Positions 45,176 through 54,599 of a stretch of DNA of 64,000 nt are shown here, one piece after another. The stretch is taken from assembly GCA_041477065.1 (NCBI GenBank), contig JBGOUQ010000002.1, positions 82,033-146,032 of the forward strand. The letters are read 5' to 3'. Under the pieces are notes generated by a model. That model saw only the letters and a program-made list of their open reading frames with translations, was not told the origin of the DNA and made no database searches. This DNA comes from Gemmatimonadota bacterium (GTDB lineage: Bacteria; Gemmatimonadota; Gemmatimonadetes; Gemmatimonadales; GWC2-71-9). Made by a program: the position numbers and the translations under genes. Each line of letters begins with the position of its first letter. Position 1 is the stretch's first letter.

Positions 45176-46120
45176 ATGAACATCCCAGCTTCGGACTCAC
45201 CCAGCCTCAGCCTGCTGCAGTCCTTCGTCACTATGGCGGAAGAGCTGCATGTCGGTCGTGCGGCCCACCGGCTGAACGTGGCGCAGCCGGCGCTGAGCCG
45301 GCGGCTGCAGCGCCTGGAGCATCAGCTCGGTCTCGCCCTATTCGATCGGCAGCGCCGAAGACTGCACCTCACCGTGGCCGGGCAGGCGCTGCTGACCGAA
45401 GCCCGGGCGCTGCTGGCACACGCCGAAGCCGCCTTCCGCCTGGTGCGGAGCACGGCACGCGGAGAGGTCGGGAGACTTCGCATCGGCTTCGTGGAGGGAG
45501 CGACGGCAAGCGGGATTCTGCCGGGCGCCGTGCGGCGGCTGCTGCGGGATCGGCCGGGGCTCGCCCTCGAGCTGCAGGAGCTGCCATCCCTCGCACAGGT
45601 CGACGCGCTGCTCCGCGGGCAGATCGACGTCGGCATGGTGTTCAGTCGTCCGGCCGTCCCTACCGGACTCGCCTTTCGCACGCTGCTGCGCGGGCGCTTC
45701 GCGGCCGTGCTCAGCACGCGTCATCCCCTGGCGCGGAGCAGCGAGATCGCCGTGGCCCAGCTGGCCCGTGAGCCGCTGATTCTGTGGGAGCGCGGCATCA
45801 ACCCGCCACGGTACGACGCCATCCTGGCGGCGCTCCGCGCGGCCGCCGGGGGCACCACTTCGCAGGCGCTTCATCATGCGGTGCAGCTGCAGGCGATCGT
45901 GAGTCTCGCAGCGGCCGGGGTCGGCGTGGGACTCGTCCCCGACACGCAGGCGACCATGCGCATGCAAGGCGTGGCGTACCGCCCCATCCCCGACCTCCAC
46001 ATCCCCGTCGACCTCGAAGTCATGTGGCGAGAGGGCGAGGGATCACCGGTCCTCTCGGCGTTCCTCGTCGCCCTCCACGCCTGGAAGGTGGAAAACACCG
46101 CGCGAGGCGACGATGAGTGA
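45176..46120 (+). CDS. LysR-family transcriptional regulator
   Basis: 314 aa. N-terminal HTH LLQSFVTMAEELHVGRAAHRLNVAQPALSRRLQRLEHQLGLALFDR and a LysR substrate-binding C-terminus. Divergent from the four-gene operon. Confidence 0.9.
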   Translation: MNIPASDSPSLSLLQSFVTMAEELHVGRAAHRLNVAQPALSRRLQRLEHQLGLALFDRQRRRLHLTVAGQALLTEARALLAHAEAAFRLVRSTARGEVGRLRIGFVEGATASGILPGAVRRLLRDRPGLALELQELPSLAQVDALLRGQIDVGMVFSRPAVPTGLAFRTLLRGRFAAVLSTRHPLARSSEIAVAQLAREPLILWERGINPPRYDAILAALRAAAGGTTSQALHHAVQLQAIVSLAAAGVGVGLVPDTQATMRMQGVAYRPIPDLHIPVDLEVMWREGEGSPVLSAFLVALHAWKVENTARGDDE

Positions 46121-46144
46121 TCGACGACGCCAGCCCAACGCCCC

Positions 46145-47470
46145 CTAGGGCGTCTGTCGCTTCACGACGAAGTCACCCGGCCGCTCCCCCGCGGAGATGA
46201 CCCAGCCCTCGTTCAAGTCGAGAACCCAGCCGGGTCCGCGAATGTGCCGGCCGTCGGCCGACGCCGGAGCGGCCACCCGCACGCGGCTGCCGTCGGAGGA
46301 GACGAGGGCCCCCAGGCTGTCGATCGCGAGCTTGCCCCACTCCGCCGAGAGACCACCGTTGGGAAACACCGTGCCCAGGGAATCGAGCGGGAACAGGTTC
46401 AGCGGATCGTAATAGTCGCGGTTCACCGCCGTTTGCCGGAGCTCGAGCACCGGTCCGTCCAGGAAGCGCCGACGATACTCGGCGATCTTCGTCCGGCGTT
46501 CGCCGGCCCGCTGGTCCTCGAACCGTAAGACCCCCTCGTAACCGTATGGCCGCGCGAGCTGCACGAGTGTCGCGGGAGCGGGAAGCGGGCCTCCGGCCTG
46601 GACCGCGTCCATGAGCAGGCCGGCGAGATCGCGACGCGTGACGATCTTGGTGCGCCACGCCGGATCGAACGAATCGAGCAGCACGCCGAGCGCCGGCCCC
46701 GTCGCGTAGGCAAAGGAGCGCGCGTACGACGGGTCGCCCACGTGCGCGTCCATCGTCCGCACGACCCGCAGACCGCCGAGCCCCGTCGCCGCGAGCGCCG
46801 TGTGCTGCCCGGTGTATTCGGCGTGCCCTTCGGCGATCTCGAGAGCCCGTTCCAGCGTGTCCGCGCCGGGGAACAGCGCGTAGCGGTAGCGGCGGAAGAG
46901 CATCGCATTGCGTGCGTGCCGCTGCCGGTCAGGGCCGGCGGTGGTCAACGCGTAGCTCAGGGCGCGCAGCTCGAGGCGCAGCCAGAGGCGGCCGTCGCGC
47001 TCTTCGAGGTGGGCGCCGAGTCGATCGGGGGCGGCGAGACCGAGAGCGGCCTGCACGCGGTGGAACGACTCGTGAGCGAGGAGGGTGAGGCGCAGATAGT
47101 CGTCGTCGGGAACGGGGAGCATCACCACGGACCATCCCTGCCCGTGCCAGTCGAGGGCGGTGTTGGCGATGCCGAGGCTGTCCGGCCAGCGGCCGACGAA
47201 GATGCCGCCGGCCGGAGCGAAGCCCGTGTCACGCGGCCGCACGCTCAGGTACGCGCGTCGCGAGGCGCGATCGACCAGCGCGAGCGGGCCGCACACCGAG
47301 CGCGCCCACAGACGCTCGGCGTGGGTTTGGCACGACCTGGCGAACTCGGTCAGAATCCGCTCCGCCGTTGAGTCGGGCAGCGGTGCCTGCGCGCGCGCCT
47401 CGACCGCGGCGCCCAGGAGGAGAGCGCCGGTGACCACCAGCGGCGCGACGGGCGAAGTCCATCGTGGCAT
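46145..47470 (-). CDS. secreted hypothetical protein with an HExxH motif (possible metallopeptidase)
   Basis: ORF 46145..47482. Likely start is ATG 47470, preceded by GGGAGG. Signal peptide ...GALLLGAAVEARAQ. Motifs LLAHESFHRVQ and, downstream, IAEGHAEYTG. Confidence 0.55.
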   Translation of the reverse strand: MPRWTSPVAPLVVTGALLLGAAVEARAQAPLPDSTAERILTEFARSCQTHAERLWARSVCGPLALVDRASRRAYLSVRPRDTGFAPAGGIFVGRWPDSLGIANTALDWHGQGWSVVMLPVPDDDYLRLTLLAHESFHRVQAALGLAAPDRLGAHLEERDGRLWLRLELRALSYALTTAGPDRQRHARNAMLFRRYRYALFPGADTLERALEIAEGHAEYTGQHTALAATGLGGLRVVRTMDAHVGDPSYARSFAYATGPALGVLLDSFDPAWRTKIVTRRDLAGLLMDAVQAGGPLPAPATLVQLARPYGYEGVLRFEDQRAGERRTKIAEYRRRFLDGPVLELRQTAVNRDYYDPLNLFPLDSLGTVFPNGGLSAEWGKLAIDSLGALVSSDGSRVRVAAPASADGRHIRGPGWVLDLNEGWVISAGERPGDFVVKRQTP

Positions 47471-47536
47471 AGGGCCTCCCACGGGGTTCAGGCAGATGAT
47501 GCGCGAGGCAGCGGCCGCGTCGCGACCCGTCCCCGG

Positions 47537-47551
47537 CCCCCCCCCCCCCCC
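47537..47551. repeat. C15 homopolymer in a divergent intergenic region
   Basis: Direct count: C at 47537-47551. It lies between the start of the HExxH gene (47470, minus) and the DPP-IV gene (47654, plus). Confidence 0.95.
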
Positions 47552-47653
47552 GGCCCGCCTGTCCGGTCGCGGCCGGGCAGGGTATCATCATCGGACGAAT
47601 TTCCGCGCCGCCGCCGCTCCGGCGACGCTCACCCAGACATCGAACGACGGAGT

Positions 47654-49909
47654 ATGGTGACGATGCGCGTCAGGCACACGATGGGACTGGTCTGCGTCGC
47701 CCTGCTCGCCCTGCCGATTGCCGGCCGGGCGCAGCAAAAGACGCGGTTCGCGAACCTCACGGAAGCCCTCCGCGCGCCTCTGGGCGGTGGGGCGGGTCCG
47801 CGGAGCGTGAACTGGATCGACGGCGGCAAGCGGTACTCCTTCATTACGCGCGACTCCTCCGGAGAGCAGATCCGGGCCTACGACCCCGCCACGGGGCGCG
47901 ACACCCTGCTCTTCTCGGCGAAGGGCCTGAGCTTTCCCGACACGGCCGAGCCGTTCGCGTATCAGTCGTTCCAGTGGGCGCACGACTCCAAGCACCTCGT
48001 GTTCCAGACGCACTTCAAGCCGCTGTACCGGCGCTCGGGGACGTCGGACTTCTACGTCTATTCCCTGGCCGACCACGGCCTCACCCGCGCGGCGCGCGGC
48101 GCCCGCACTGCCGAGCTCTCGCCCGACGGGGGGACGCTGGGCTACGAGCGGGACGGCGACCTGTTCGTCTACGACCTCGTGCAGCACCGGGAGACGCGCC
48201 TCACGAGCGACGCCCGCGAGACTCGCTACAACGGGCATTTCGACTGGGTCTACGAGGAGGAGTTCGGCATGGCCCAGGCGTGGACCTGGTCGCCCGACAA
48301 CCGGTTCATCGCCTATTGGCAGGTGGACGAGAGCCCCGAGCCGGTCCTGCAGTTCAGCGACTTCGGCGGCGCGCACCCGGAGTGGACGCGGATCCGGATC
48401 CCGCAGCCCGGGGACTCGAACCCCACCGTCAGAGTCGGCGTCGTGGACGTACGGACCGGCCGCCAGCGCTGGCTCGAGACCGCGCTCGCGGGCGACTTCT
48501 ACATCCCGCGGATGTACTGGACGAGCCGGCCTGACACAGTGGCCGTCGTCACGCTCAACCGGCAGCAGAACGAAATGAAGCTGTTCTTCTTCGACGTGAA
48601 CACCGGGGGCCGCCGCCTCGTGCTGACCCAGACTTCGGACACGTGGATCGACATCTACGATTTCTACGCGGGCGTGCAGGACCTCCTCACCTTCCCGGCG
48701 GGCACCGACCAGTTCTTCTGGGTCTCCGACCGGGACGGCTGGCAGCACATCTACCGCTACGACTACTCCGGCCGGCTGGTGAACCAGGTGACCAAAGGCC
48801 GCTGGAGCGTCACTCGCATCGAAGGAACCGACGCGAAGACCCGCACGATCTACTACTCCTCCACCCAGGCGTCGCCGCTGCAGCGCCAGCTGTACGCCGT
48901 CCGGTTCGACGGGACGCAGTCGCGGCGGATCACGAGCACCGCCGGGACACATTCGATCGACATGTCTCCCGACGCCCAGTACTTCATCGATCGCTGGTCG
49001 AGCACGCGCCAGCCCCGTCAGGTGGAGCTGTGGACCACCGCCGGATCGGGCGGGATGCTGAAGAAGCTGGAGGACAACGCGCGGGTGACCCAGTGGCTCG
49101 CGACCCACGAGTACGCCCCCGTCGAGCTGTTCAGCTTCACGACGTCCGACTCTATGCGGCTCGACGGCTCGATGATCCGGCCGGCGCCGTTCGACTCGAC
49201 CCGCCGCTACCCGGCGATCTTCGCCATCTACGGCGGTCCCGGCTCGCAGCAGGTCTACGACCAGTTCGGCGCGAGCGGCTGGTCGCAGTATCTGGCGCAG
49301 CAGGGCTACATCGTGGTCGGGCTGAACAACCGCGGGACGAACAACTACGGCAGCGCCTTCATGAAGGTGACGTACAAGCACCTCGGAAAGTGGGAGAGTC
49401 ACGACTTCGCGGAGGCGGCGCGGTACCTCGCCACGCTGGGCTATGTTGACCCGGCGCGCGTGGCGATCGTCGGCACGAGCTACGGGGGCTACAGCAGCGT
49501 CTTCACGATGGAGATGTACCCGAGCCTGTTCCCGGTCGGCATCGCGAATTCGCCGGTCACCGACTGGAAGCTCTACGACACCATCTACACCGAGCGGTAC
49601 ATGGGGCTGCTGGGCGACAACCCCGAAGGATATCGGGAGAGCTCGGGGGTCGAGAACGCGAAGAAGCTCACGGGGCACCTGCTCCTGATCCACTCGATGA
49701 TGGACGACAACGTGCACCCGCAGAACACCATGCAGCTGCTGACGGCGCTGACCGACGCGGGGCGGGACGTGGACCTCAGGGTTTTTCCCCCGGGCCATCA
49801 CGGCGCGGTCTACAATCAGGCGAGTCTCAACGTGATGCTCCAGGCGGAGCTGGAGTTCCTGGCGCGGTACCTCAAGAGCGGGAGCGCGGCCACCCCCGCC
49901 ATCCCCTGA
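47654..49909 (+). CDS. dipeptidyl-peptidase IV family serine peptidase (S9B), exported
   Basis: 751 aa. Signal peptide. DPPIV_N-like propeller (YNGHFDWVYEEEF, WSPDNRFIAYWQVDES). Catalytic VGTSYGGYSS, and D...H near the C-terminus. Confidence 0.9.
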   Translation: MVTMRVRHTMGLVCVALLALPIAGRAQQKTRFANLTEALRAPLGGGAGPRSVNWIDGGKRYSFITRDSSGEQIRAYDPATGRDTLLFSAKGLSFPDTAEPFAYQSFQWAHDSKHLVFQTHFKPLYRRSGTSDFYVYSLADHGLTRAARGARTAELSPDGGTLGYERDGDLFVYDLVQHRETRLTSDARETRYNGHFDWVYEEEFGMAQAWTWSPDNRFIAYWQVDESPEPVLQFSDFGGAHPEWTRIRIPQPGDSNPTVRVGVVDVRTGRQRWLETALAGDFYIPRMYWTSRPDTVAVVTLNRQQNEMKLFFFDVNTGGRRLVLTQTSDTWIDIYDFYAGVQDLLTFPAGTDQFFWVSDRDGWQHIYRYDYSGRLVNQVTKGRWSVTRIEGTDAKTRTIYYSSTQASPLQRQLYAVRFDGTQSRRITSTAGTHSIDMSPDAQYFIDRWSSTRQPRQVELWTTAGSGGMLKKLEDNARVTQWLATHEYAPVELFSFTTSDSMRLDGSMIRPAPFDSTRRYPAIFAIYGGPGSQQVYDQFGASGWSQYLAQQGYIVVGLNNRGTNNYGSAFMKVTYKHLGKWESHDFAEAARYLATLGYVDPARVAIVGTSYGGYSSVFTMEMYPSLFPVGIANSPVTDWKLYDTIYTERYMGLLGDNPEGYRESSGVENAKKLTGHLLLIHSMMDDNVHPQNTMQLLTALTDAGRDVDLRVFPPGHHGAVYNQASLNVMLQAELEFLARYLKSGSAATPAIP

Positions 49910-50003
49910 GGCCCGTCGCGGCACGGGGACGCGGCAGTGCAACCCTCTGGGCACGAGGTGCATCTCACATAAAGAGGAAAGCAATCGTCCCAGAGGAGCC
50001 GTC

Positions 50004-50222
50004 ATGACCGCGATGCCGATGACCATGCCCGACCTGTTCAAAATGGAAGCGTGCTTCCCCGCCCGGCGTGACGTCCGGCCCCAGCACGGCGACGCCAAGT
50101 CGGCCCGCGAGTACTGCCTCCAGGACCCCGCCGGCCGGCCGATCGGCACGATCGCCGCGCCGGCAGATCAGCCGAGATTCGGGGCCGGAGCGCCGACGCT
50201 CCTCCTCAGACGGAAGGCCTGA
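50004..50222 (+). CDS. small hypothetical protein (72 aa)
   Basis: ATG preceded by GAGGAG at -12..-7. Codon third positions are almost all G/C, as in real genes here. It lies 80 nt upstream of the MacA-like gene. No family recognised. Confidence 0.4.
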   Translation: MTAMPMTMPDLFKMEACFPARRDVRPQHGDAKSAREYCLQDPAGRPIGTIAAPADQPRFGAGAPTLLLRRKA

Positions 50223-50301
50223 CCGCACCGGGCGCCTGAAACCTCCACCTTGGCCGCAGCGTCGAGAGAGGATAGTCTTCACCTTCCCTCGGAGCCCCGC
50301 C

Positions 50302-51411
50302 ATGAGAGCAGTCCCGCTGCTGCCGGCTCTGGCCGCCCTGGCGCTCGGCTGTACGTCCTCGCAAGCCCACGACAAGAACGCGCGCACCTACCGCGTCGGC
50401 GCCGCCGACCGCGGCGACGTCCGTGTGCTGGTCGAAGAGACGGGTGTCGTGGAGCCGGAGCGACAGATCGTCGTCAAGTCGCCGATTTCCGGCGTGGTGC
50501 AGCTGCTGTACGTCCGCGAGGGTGACCGGGTCGCGACCGGCGCCCCCCTCGCCCGCATCGTGCCCGACATTGCCCAAGCCAACGTGTTCGCCCAGCTGCG
50601 GAGCGGCCTCGCGCAAGCGGAGTTGCAGCGCGCCGTCGCCGAGCGCGAGTACCGCCGCGCCGAATCGCTCGCCCAGAGCAACGGCGTGACGCAGTCCGAG
50701 CTCGACCAGAAGCGCCTCATCTTCGAGCAGGCGGGAAGCCAGCTGCGAACCGCGCGCGAGCAGCTCACGCTCGTCCAGCAGAGCGGCGTAACGACGGGGG
50801 ACACGGCGCAGTGGGCCCGGGTGACCGCGCCCGTGGCCGGGGTGGTGATCCGGCGCGGCGTCGAAGCGGGTGAGACCGTGGTCGGCGGCACCAGCGCCTT
50901 CGGCGGCGGCACCGAGCTGTTCACGATCGCCGACCTCTCCTCGCTGCGCGTGAAGGCCGCGATCAATGAGGTGGACATCGGCAAAGTGCAGGCCGGCGAC
51001 AGCGTCGCGCTCACGGTGGATGCGTACCCCAGCGACACGGTGCTCGGCATCGTCCGCCTCGTGCCGCCCGCCGCCCGGCTCCAGGACCGGGTGCGCGTAT
51101 TCGACGTGGAGATCGCGGTCCGCGGGCGCAACACGGTGCTGAAGCCGGGGATGACGGCCAACGTCCGCATCGTCGGCCCGTCCCGACACGACGTCATCCG
51201 GGTTCCGGTGGAGGGGGTGTTCCTCTCCGAGGGCCAGCCGACGGTGTTCAAGCTGGTGGGCGGCACCCCGCGGCGGCTGCCGGTGCGGCTTGGCCTTTCG
51301 GACCTGTCCTACGCCGAGGTCCTCAGCGGCCTCGCTCCGGGCGACTCGATCGCGCTCGAGGACCCCGCGGTCGCCGCGGAACACGCCAGCAACCCGGCGC
51401 GGCGGCGCTGA
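50302..51411 (+). CDS. periplasmic adaptor (HlyD/MacA-type membrane fusion protein), lipoprotein
   Basis: Met 50302 inside ORF 50068..51411 (MRAVPLLPALAALALGC lipobox). SPISGVVQLLYVREGDRV, a coiled-coil hairpin, VTAPVAGVVIRRGVEAGE. Confidence 0.85.
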   Translation: MRAVPLLPALAALALGCTSSQAHDKNARTYRVGAADRGDVRVLVEETGVVEPERQIVVKSPISGVVQLLYVREGDRVATGAPLARIVPDIAQANVFAQLRSGLAQAELQRAVAEREYRRAESLAQSNGVTQSELDQKRLIFEQAGSQLRTAREQLTLVQQSGVTTGDTAQWARVTAPVAGVVIRRGVEAGETVVGGTSAFGGGTELFTIADLSSLRVKAAINEVDIGKVQAGDSVALTVDAYPSDTVLGIVRLVPPAARLQDRVRVFDVEIAVRGRNTVLKPGMTANVRIVGPSRHDVIRVPVEGVFLSEGQPTVFKLVGGTPRRLPVRLGLSDLSYAEVLSGLAPGDSIALEDPAVAAEHASNPARRR

Positions 51412-52091
51412 TGTCCGTTCCCCCGCTGATGGCCGCGCAGGGGATCGCGAAGACGTACCGCCTCGGCCGCGTGGATGTCCCCGCACTGCGCGGCGTGGAC
51501 GTCGCGATCGCGCCCGGCGAATTCGTCGCCATCGTCGGCCCTTCCGGCTCGGGCAAGAGCACCCTGATGCACATCCTCGGCTGTCTCGACACGCCGACCG
51601 CGGGCCGCTACGTGCTCGACGGCGAGGACGTGAGCGGGCTCTCCGGCCGCCGCCTGGCGCACGTGCGCAATCGCAAGGTCGGGTTCGTGTTTCAGACCTT
51701 CAATCTCATGCCGCGACTCACGGTCGAGGAAAACGTGGCCCTGCCGCTCAAGTACCGCGGCGGCGTGCCGCGCCGTGAGCGCCGCGCCCGCGCCCGCGCG
51801 CTGCTCGAGCGGCTCGGCCTGGGGCACCGCATCGGCCACCGGCCCGACGAGCTGTCCGGCGGCGAGCGCCAGCGCGTCGCGATCGCCCGCGCGCTGGTGG
51901 GGACCCCCGCGATCATCATGGCCGACGAGCCCACGGGGAACCTCGACTCGCACGCGGGGGGCGAGGTCATGCGCACGCTCGAGGAGCTGCACGCGCAGGG
52001 GCACACGATCCTGCTCGTCACGCACGACACACGGCTCGCCGAGCGGGCCCAGCGCCTCATTCAGATGGCCGACGGGAAAGTCGTGGCGTGA
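51411..52091 (+). CDS. ABC transporter ATP-binding protein (MacB/LolD type)
   Basis: Walker A GPSGSGKST, Q-loop, signature LSGGERQRVAIARAL, Walker B IIMADEPTGNLD, H-loop VTHD. Confidence 0.9.
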   Translation: MSVPPLMAAQGIAKTYRLGRVDVPALRGVDVAIAPGEFVAIVGPSGSGKSTLMHILGCLDTPTAGRYVLDGEDVSGLSGRRLAHVRNRKVGFVFQTFNLMPRLTVEENVALPLKYRGGVPRRERRARARALLERLGLGHRIGHRPDELSGGERQRVAIARALVGTPAIIMADEPTGNLDSHAGGEVMRTLEELHAQGHTILLVTHDTRLAERAQRLIQMADGKVVA

Positions 52092-53320
52092 ACCTGCTCG
52101 AATCCCTCGCCGCGGGACTGGACGAGGCCCGGCGCCACTGGGGTCAGACCGCGCTCTCCCTGCTCGGCCTCGTGCTGGGAACGGCCAGCATCGTCACCGT
52201 CCTCGCCCTGTTCGGCGGTCAGACCGCGCACACCCGGCGGTTCATCGAGGAAGTCGGCGGCGTGGGGACGATCATCGTCTCCAACCGCGACCTGCCGGCG
52301 CAGCCGAGAGCCCGGGACCTCGCGTCCAAGCGGCTCACCTACCCCGACGCCGTCCTGCTGAAGGCCCGGGCCACCGCGCTGTTCGCGGTGAGCCCCGGAT
52401 GGGCCAGTCAGCGCGACTATCGTGCCGGTGACCGCTCCTTCAGCGGCCAGGTCATCGGCACCGTTCCCGACTACGCGGTGATCAACGACATCCGGCCGCT
52501 GGTGGGCCGCTATCTGTCGGATCTGGACGTCGCCCGACGGGCGCGGGTCACGGTGCTCGGCTGGAAGTACGCCGACTCGCTGTTCGGAGCGGCGGCCGCC
52601 GCGTTGGGGCGCCGGCTGAGCATCGGCGGATTCGCCTACACCGTGGTCGGGGTGCTGGAGCGCGAGGAGTTCTACTTCGCTCCCTGGGCGGACAATTCTC
52701 TCGAGTACCGCAACGAGCGGGCGTACGTCCCGATCACAACCGCCATCGCGAACTACTCCCCCGAGGCGGGAGGTCGGCTCGACTTTCTGACGTTGAAGGC
52801 CCGGCCGTCCGAGGGCGTCACGGTCGCCCAGGCGCAGGTCGAACAGCTCTTGTACGCGCGCCACGGCGTGGAGGACTTCGACATCCGCCCGTCGGGCCAG
52901 GGCGCCGGTGGAGAGACCGGCCAGTTCTTCCAGCTCTTCAACTTCATCTTCCTGGTCGTCGGGGTGGTGTCGCTGTTCACCGGCGGCATCGTGATCGCCA
53001 ACATCTTCCTCGCGTCCGTGGTCGAGCGCGTGCGTGAGTTCGGCACGCGGATGGCGCTCGGCGCCACGGGTCTCGGGGTCTTCACGCACGTCCTGGCCGA
53101 GGTGTTGTTCGTCGCGGTGCTCGGCGGGCTGGCCGGGCTGGGCCTCGGCGCGGCGCTGACGGGGACCGTCGCCAAGGTGATGCAGCTCCCCGCCGCCGTG
53201 ACACCGCTGATGGCGAGCGTCGCGCTCGCGACGTCCCTCACCGTCGGCCTCCTCGCCGGCCTGTACCCGGCCTGGCGGGCGGCGCGGCTTTCCCCGGTGG
53301 AGGCGCTGCGCTATGGCTGA
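52088..53320 (+). CDS. ABC transporter permease (MacB_PCD plus FtsX domain)
   Basis: 410 aa. N-terminal TM, a large periplasmic domain, and a C-terminal FtsX-like 3-TM bundle (ERVREFGTRMALGAT). Ends with PAWRAARLSPVEALRYG. Confidence 0.85.
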   Translation: MNLLESLAAGLDEARRHWGQTALSLLGLVLGTASIVTVLALFGGQTAHTRRFIEEVGGVGTIIVSNRDLPAQPRARDLASKRLTYPDAVLLKARATALFAVSPGWASQRDYRAGDRSFSGQVIGTVPDYAVINDIRPLVGRYLSDLDVARRARVTVLGWKYADSLFGAAAAALGRRLSIGGFAYTVVGVLEREEFYFAPWADNSLEYRNERAYVPITTAIANYSPEAGGRLDFLTLKARPSEGVTVAQAQVEQLLYARHGVEDFDIRPSGQGAGGETGQFFQLFNFIFLVVGVVSLFTGGIVIANIFLASVVERVREFGTRMALGATGLGVFTHVLAEVLFVAVLGGLAGLGLGAALTGTVAKVMQLPAAVTPLMASVALATSLTVGLLAGLYPAWRAARLSPVEALRYG

Positions 53321-54581
53321 CCTGCGCGCGCGCCTCCTCGCCGCCGGGGAGCTTGTGGAGGACGCGTTCCGCGAGATCCGCGCCCACCCCATGCGCTCCC
53401 TGCTCACGCTGTCGGGGATCGTGTTCGGAGCGGCCTCGCTCGTCTCCATGACGGCGCTGGCGAACGCCACGAAGGCGATGGCCTACCGCGACCTGATCGA
53501 CATGGGGCTGCCGCGCAGCTTCACCGCGGCGGACCGCGGGCCGCGCTCGGATGCGCGGACGGCGCGGGACCGCCGGCATGCGGGGCTGCGCCTCGCCGAT
53601 GCAGCGGCGCTCCAGGCGCTCCCGGGAGTCGAGGCCGTCCAGCCGCGCAACTGGGGAGGCGAGCAGGTGGTGGTGGGGCCGGCGGGACGGCGCGACGTGC
53701 CCCTCGACGGCGTGGACGCCGGCTACCTCGAGGCCCATCACTACATCATCACCGCCGGCCGCAGTCTCCGCGACCTGGACGTGGCGAACCGGTCTCGCGT
53801 CGCCGTGATCGGCGCCGATCTGCTGCACGACCTGTTCGGGGCGGCTCAGCCGCTCGGCCAGACGATCACCGTGAACAAGGTCCGCTTCCGCGTGGTGGGC
53901 GTGGTGCGCCAGCCCACGTTCGAGATCGCCCCGGTGAACTTCTCCTGGGTGGCCCGGCGCGTCTACGTCCCGTACAGCTACGTCACCCGCTACTATCGGG
54001 GCGAGGGACGGGTGGATCAGGTCACGGTGACGGCCGCCCCCGAGGTCGATTTCGCGACCGTGCTGCAGGACGGGCGCGCTCGGCTGCGCCAGCGGCACGG
54101 CGGCACCGAGGACTTCGAGATCGAGAATGACGCCGCCGAGGTAGCGAGCGACCTGCGGATGGCGGACAACATTCTGGGCGGCTGGAACGCCGTGATGTAC
54201 GCGATCGCGTTCGTGACCCTGCTCGTCGGCGGCATCGGGCTGTTTTCCGTGCTGCTGATCTCGGTGCGCGAGCGCGTCCGCGAGATCGGGATCCGCAAGG
54301 CGCTGGGCGCGGACGACGGCGAGATCCTGCGCCTGTTCCTCACCGAGTCCCTGACGCTGGCCGCGACCGGGGCGGTGGTCGGGGTGGTGGGGGGCGCCGG
54401 TCTGGTCCTCTTGACCGAGGCCATCAGCCGGCAGTTCGGGCGAAATTTCGTGATCACCGTGACGCCCCCCGGCATCGTCCTGGGGATCGTATTCGCCCTC
54501 CTGGTGGGGCTGGTGTTCGGCTGGTATCCGGCCCGGCGCGCCGCGAAGCTCGACCCCGTCGAGGCGATGAGCGGAGTCTAG
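53313..54581 (+). CDS. ABC transporter permease (MacB_PCD plus FtsX domain), paralogue of the previous gene
   Basis: 422 aa with the same architecture (ERVREIGIRKALGA, YPARRAAKLDPVEAM). 8-nt overlap with the upstream permease gene. Confidence 0.85.
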   Translation: MADLRARLLAAGELVEDAFREIRAHPMRSLLTLSGIVFGAASLVSMTALANATKAMAYRDLIDMGLPRSFTAADRGPRSDARTARDRRHAGLRLADAAALQALPGVEAVQPRNWGGEQVVVGPAGRRDVPLDGVDAGYLEAHHYIITAGRSLRDLDVANRSRVAVIGADLLHDLFGAAQPLGQTITVNKVRFRVVGVVRQPTFEIAPVNFSWVARRVYVPYSYVTRYYRGEGRVDQVTVTAAPEVDFATVLQDGRARLRQRHGGTEDFEIENDAAEVASDLRMADNILGGWNAVMYAIAFVTLLVGGIGLFSVLLISVRERVREIGIRKALGADDGEILRLFLTESLTLAATGAVVGVVGGAGLVLLTEAISRQFGRNFVITVTPPGIVLGIVFALLVGLVFGWYPARRAAKLDPVEAMSGV

Positions 54582-54599
54582 GCCGGCGGTCTCAACGCC

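Noticed and set aside
49940-49975. A possible sigma-54 promoter (TGGGCACGAGGTGCAT) upstream of the small ORF and the exporter genes.
   Set aside because: The GG-to-GC spacing is two nucleotides shorter than the -24/-12 consensus, so it is probably coincidental.
47588-50149. An 853-aa ORF on the minus strand covering the DPP-IV locus.
   Set aside because: It is antisense to a gene with clear S9B motifs. Its product is Arg/Pro/Gly/Val-rich with no motifs. Long shadow ORFs of this kind are typical in very GC-rich DNA.
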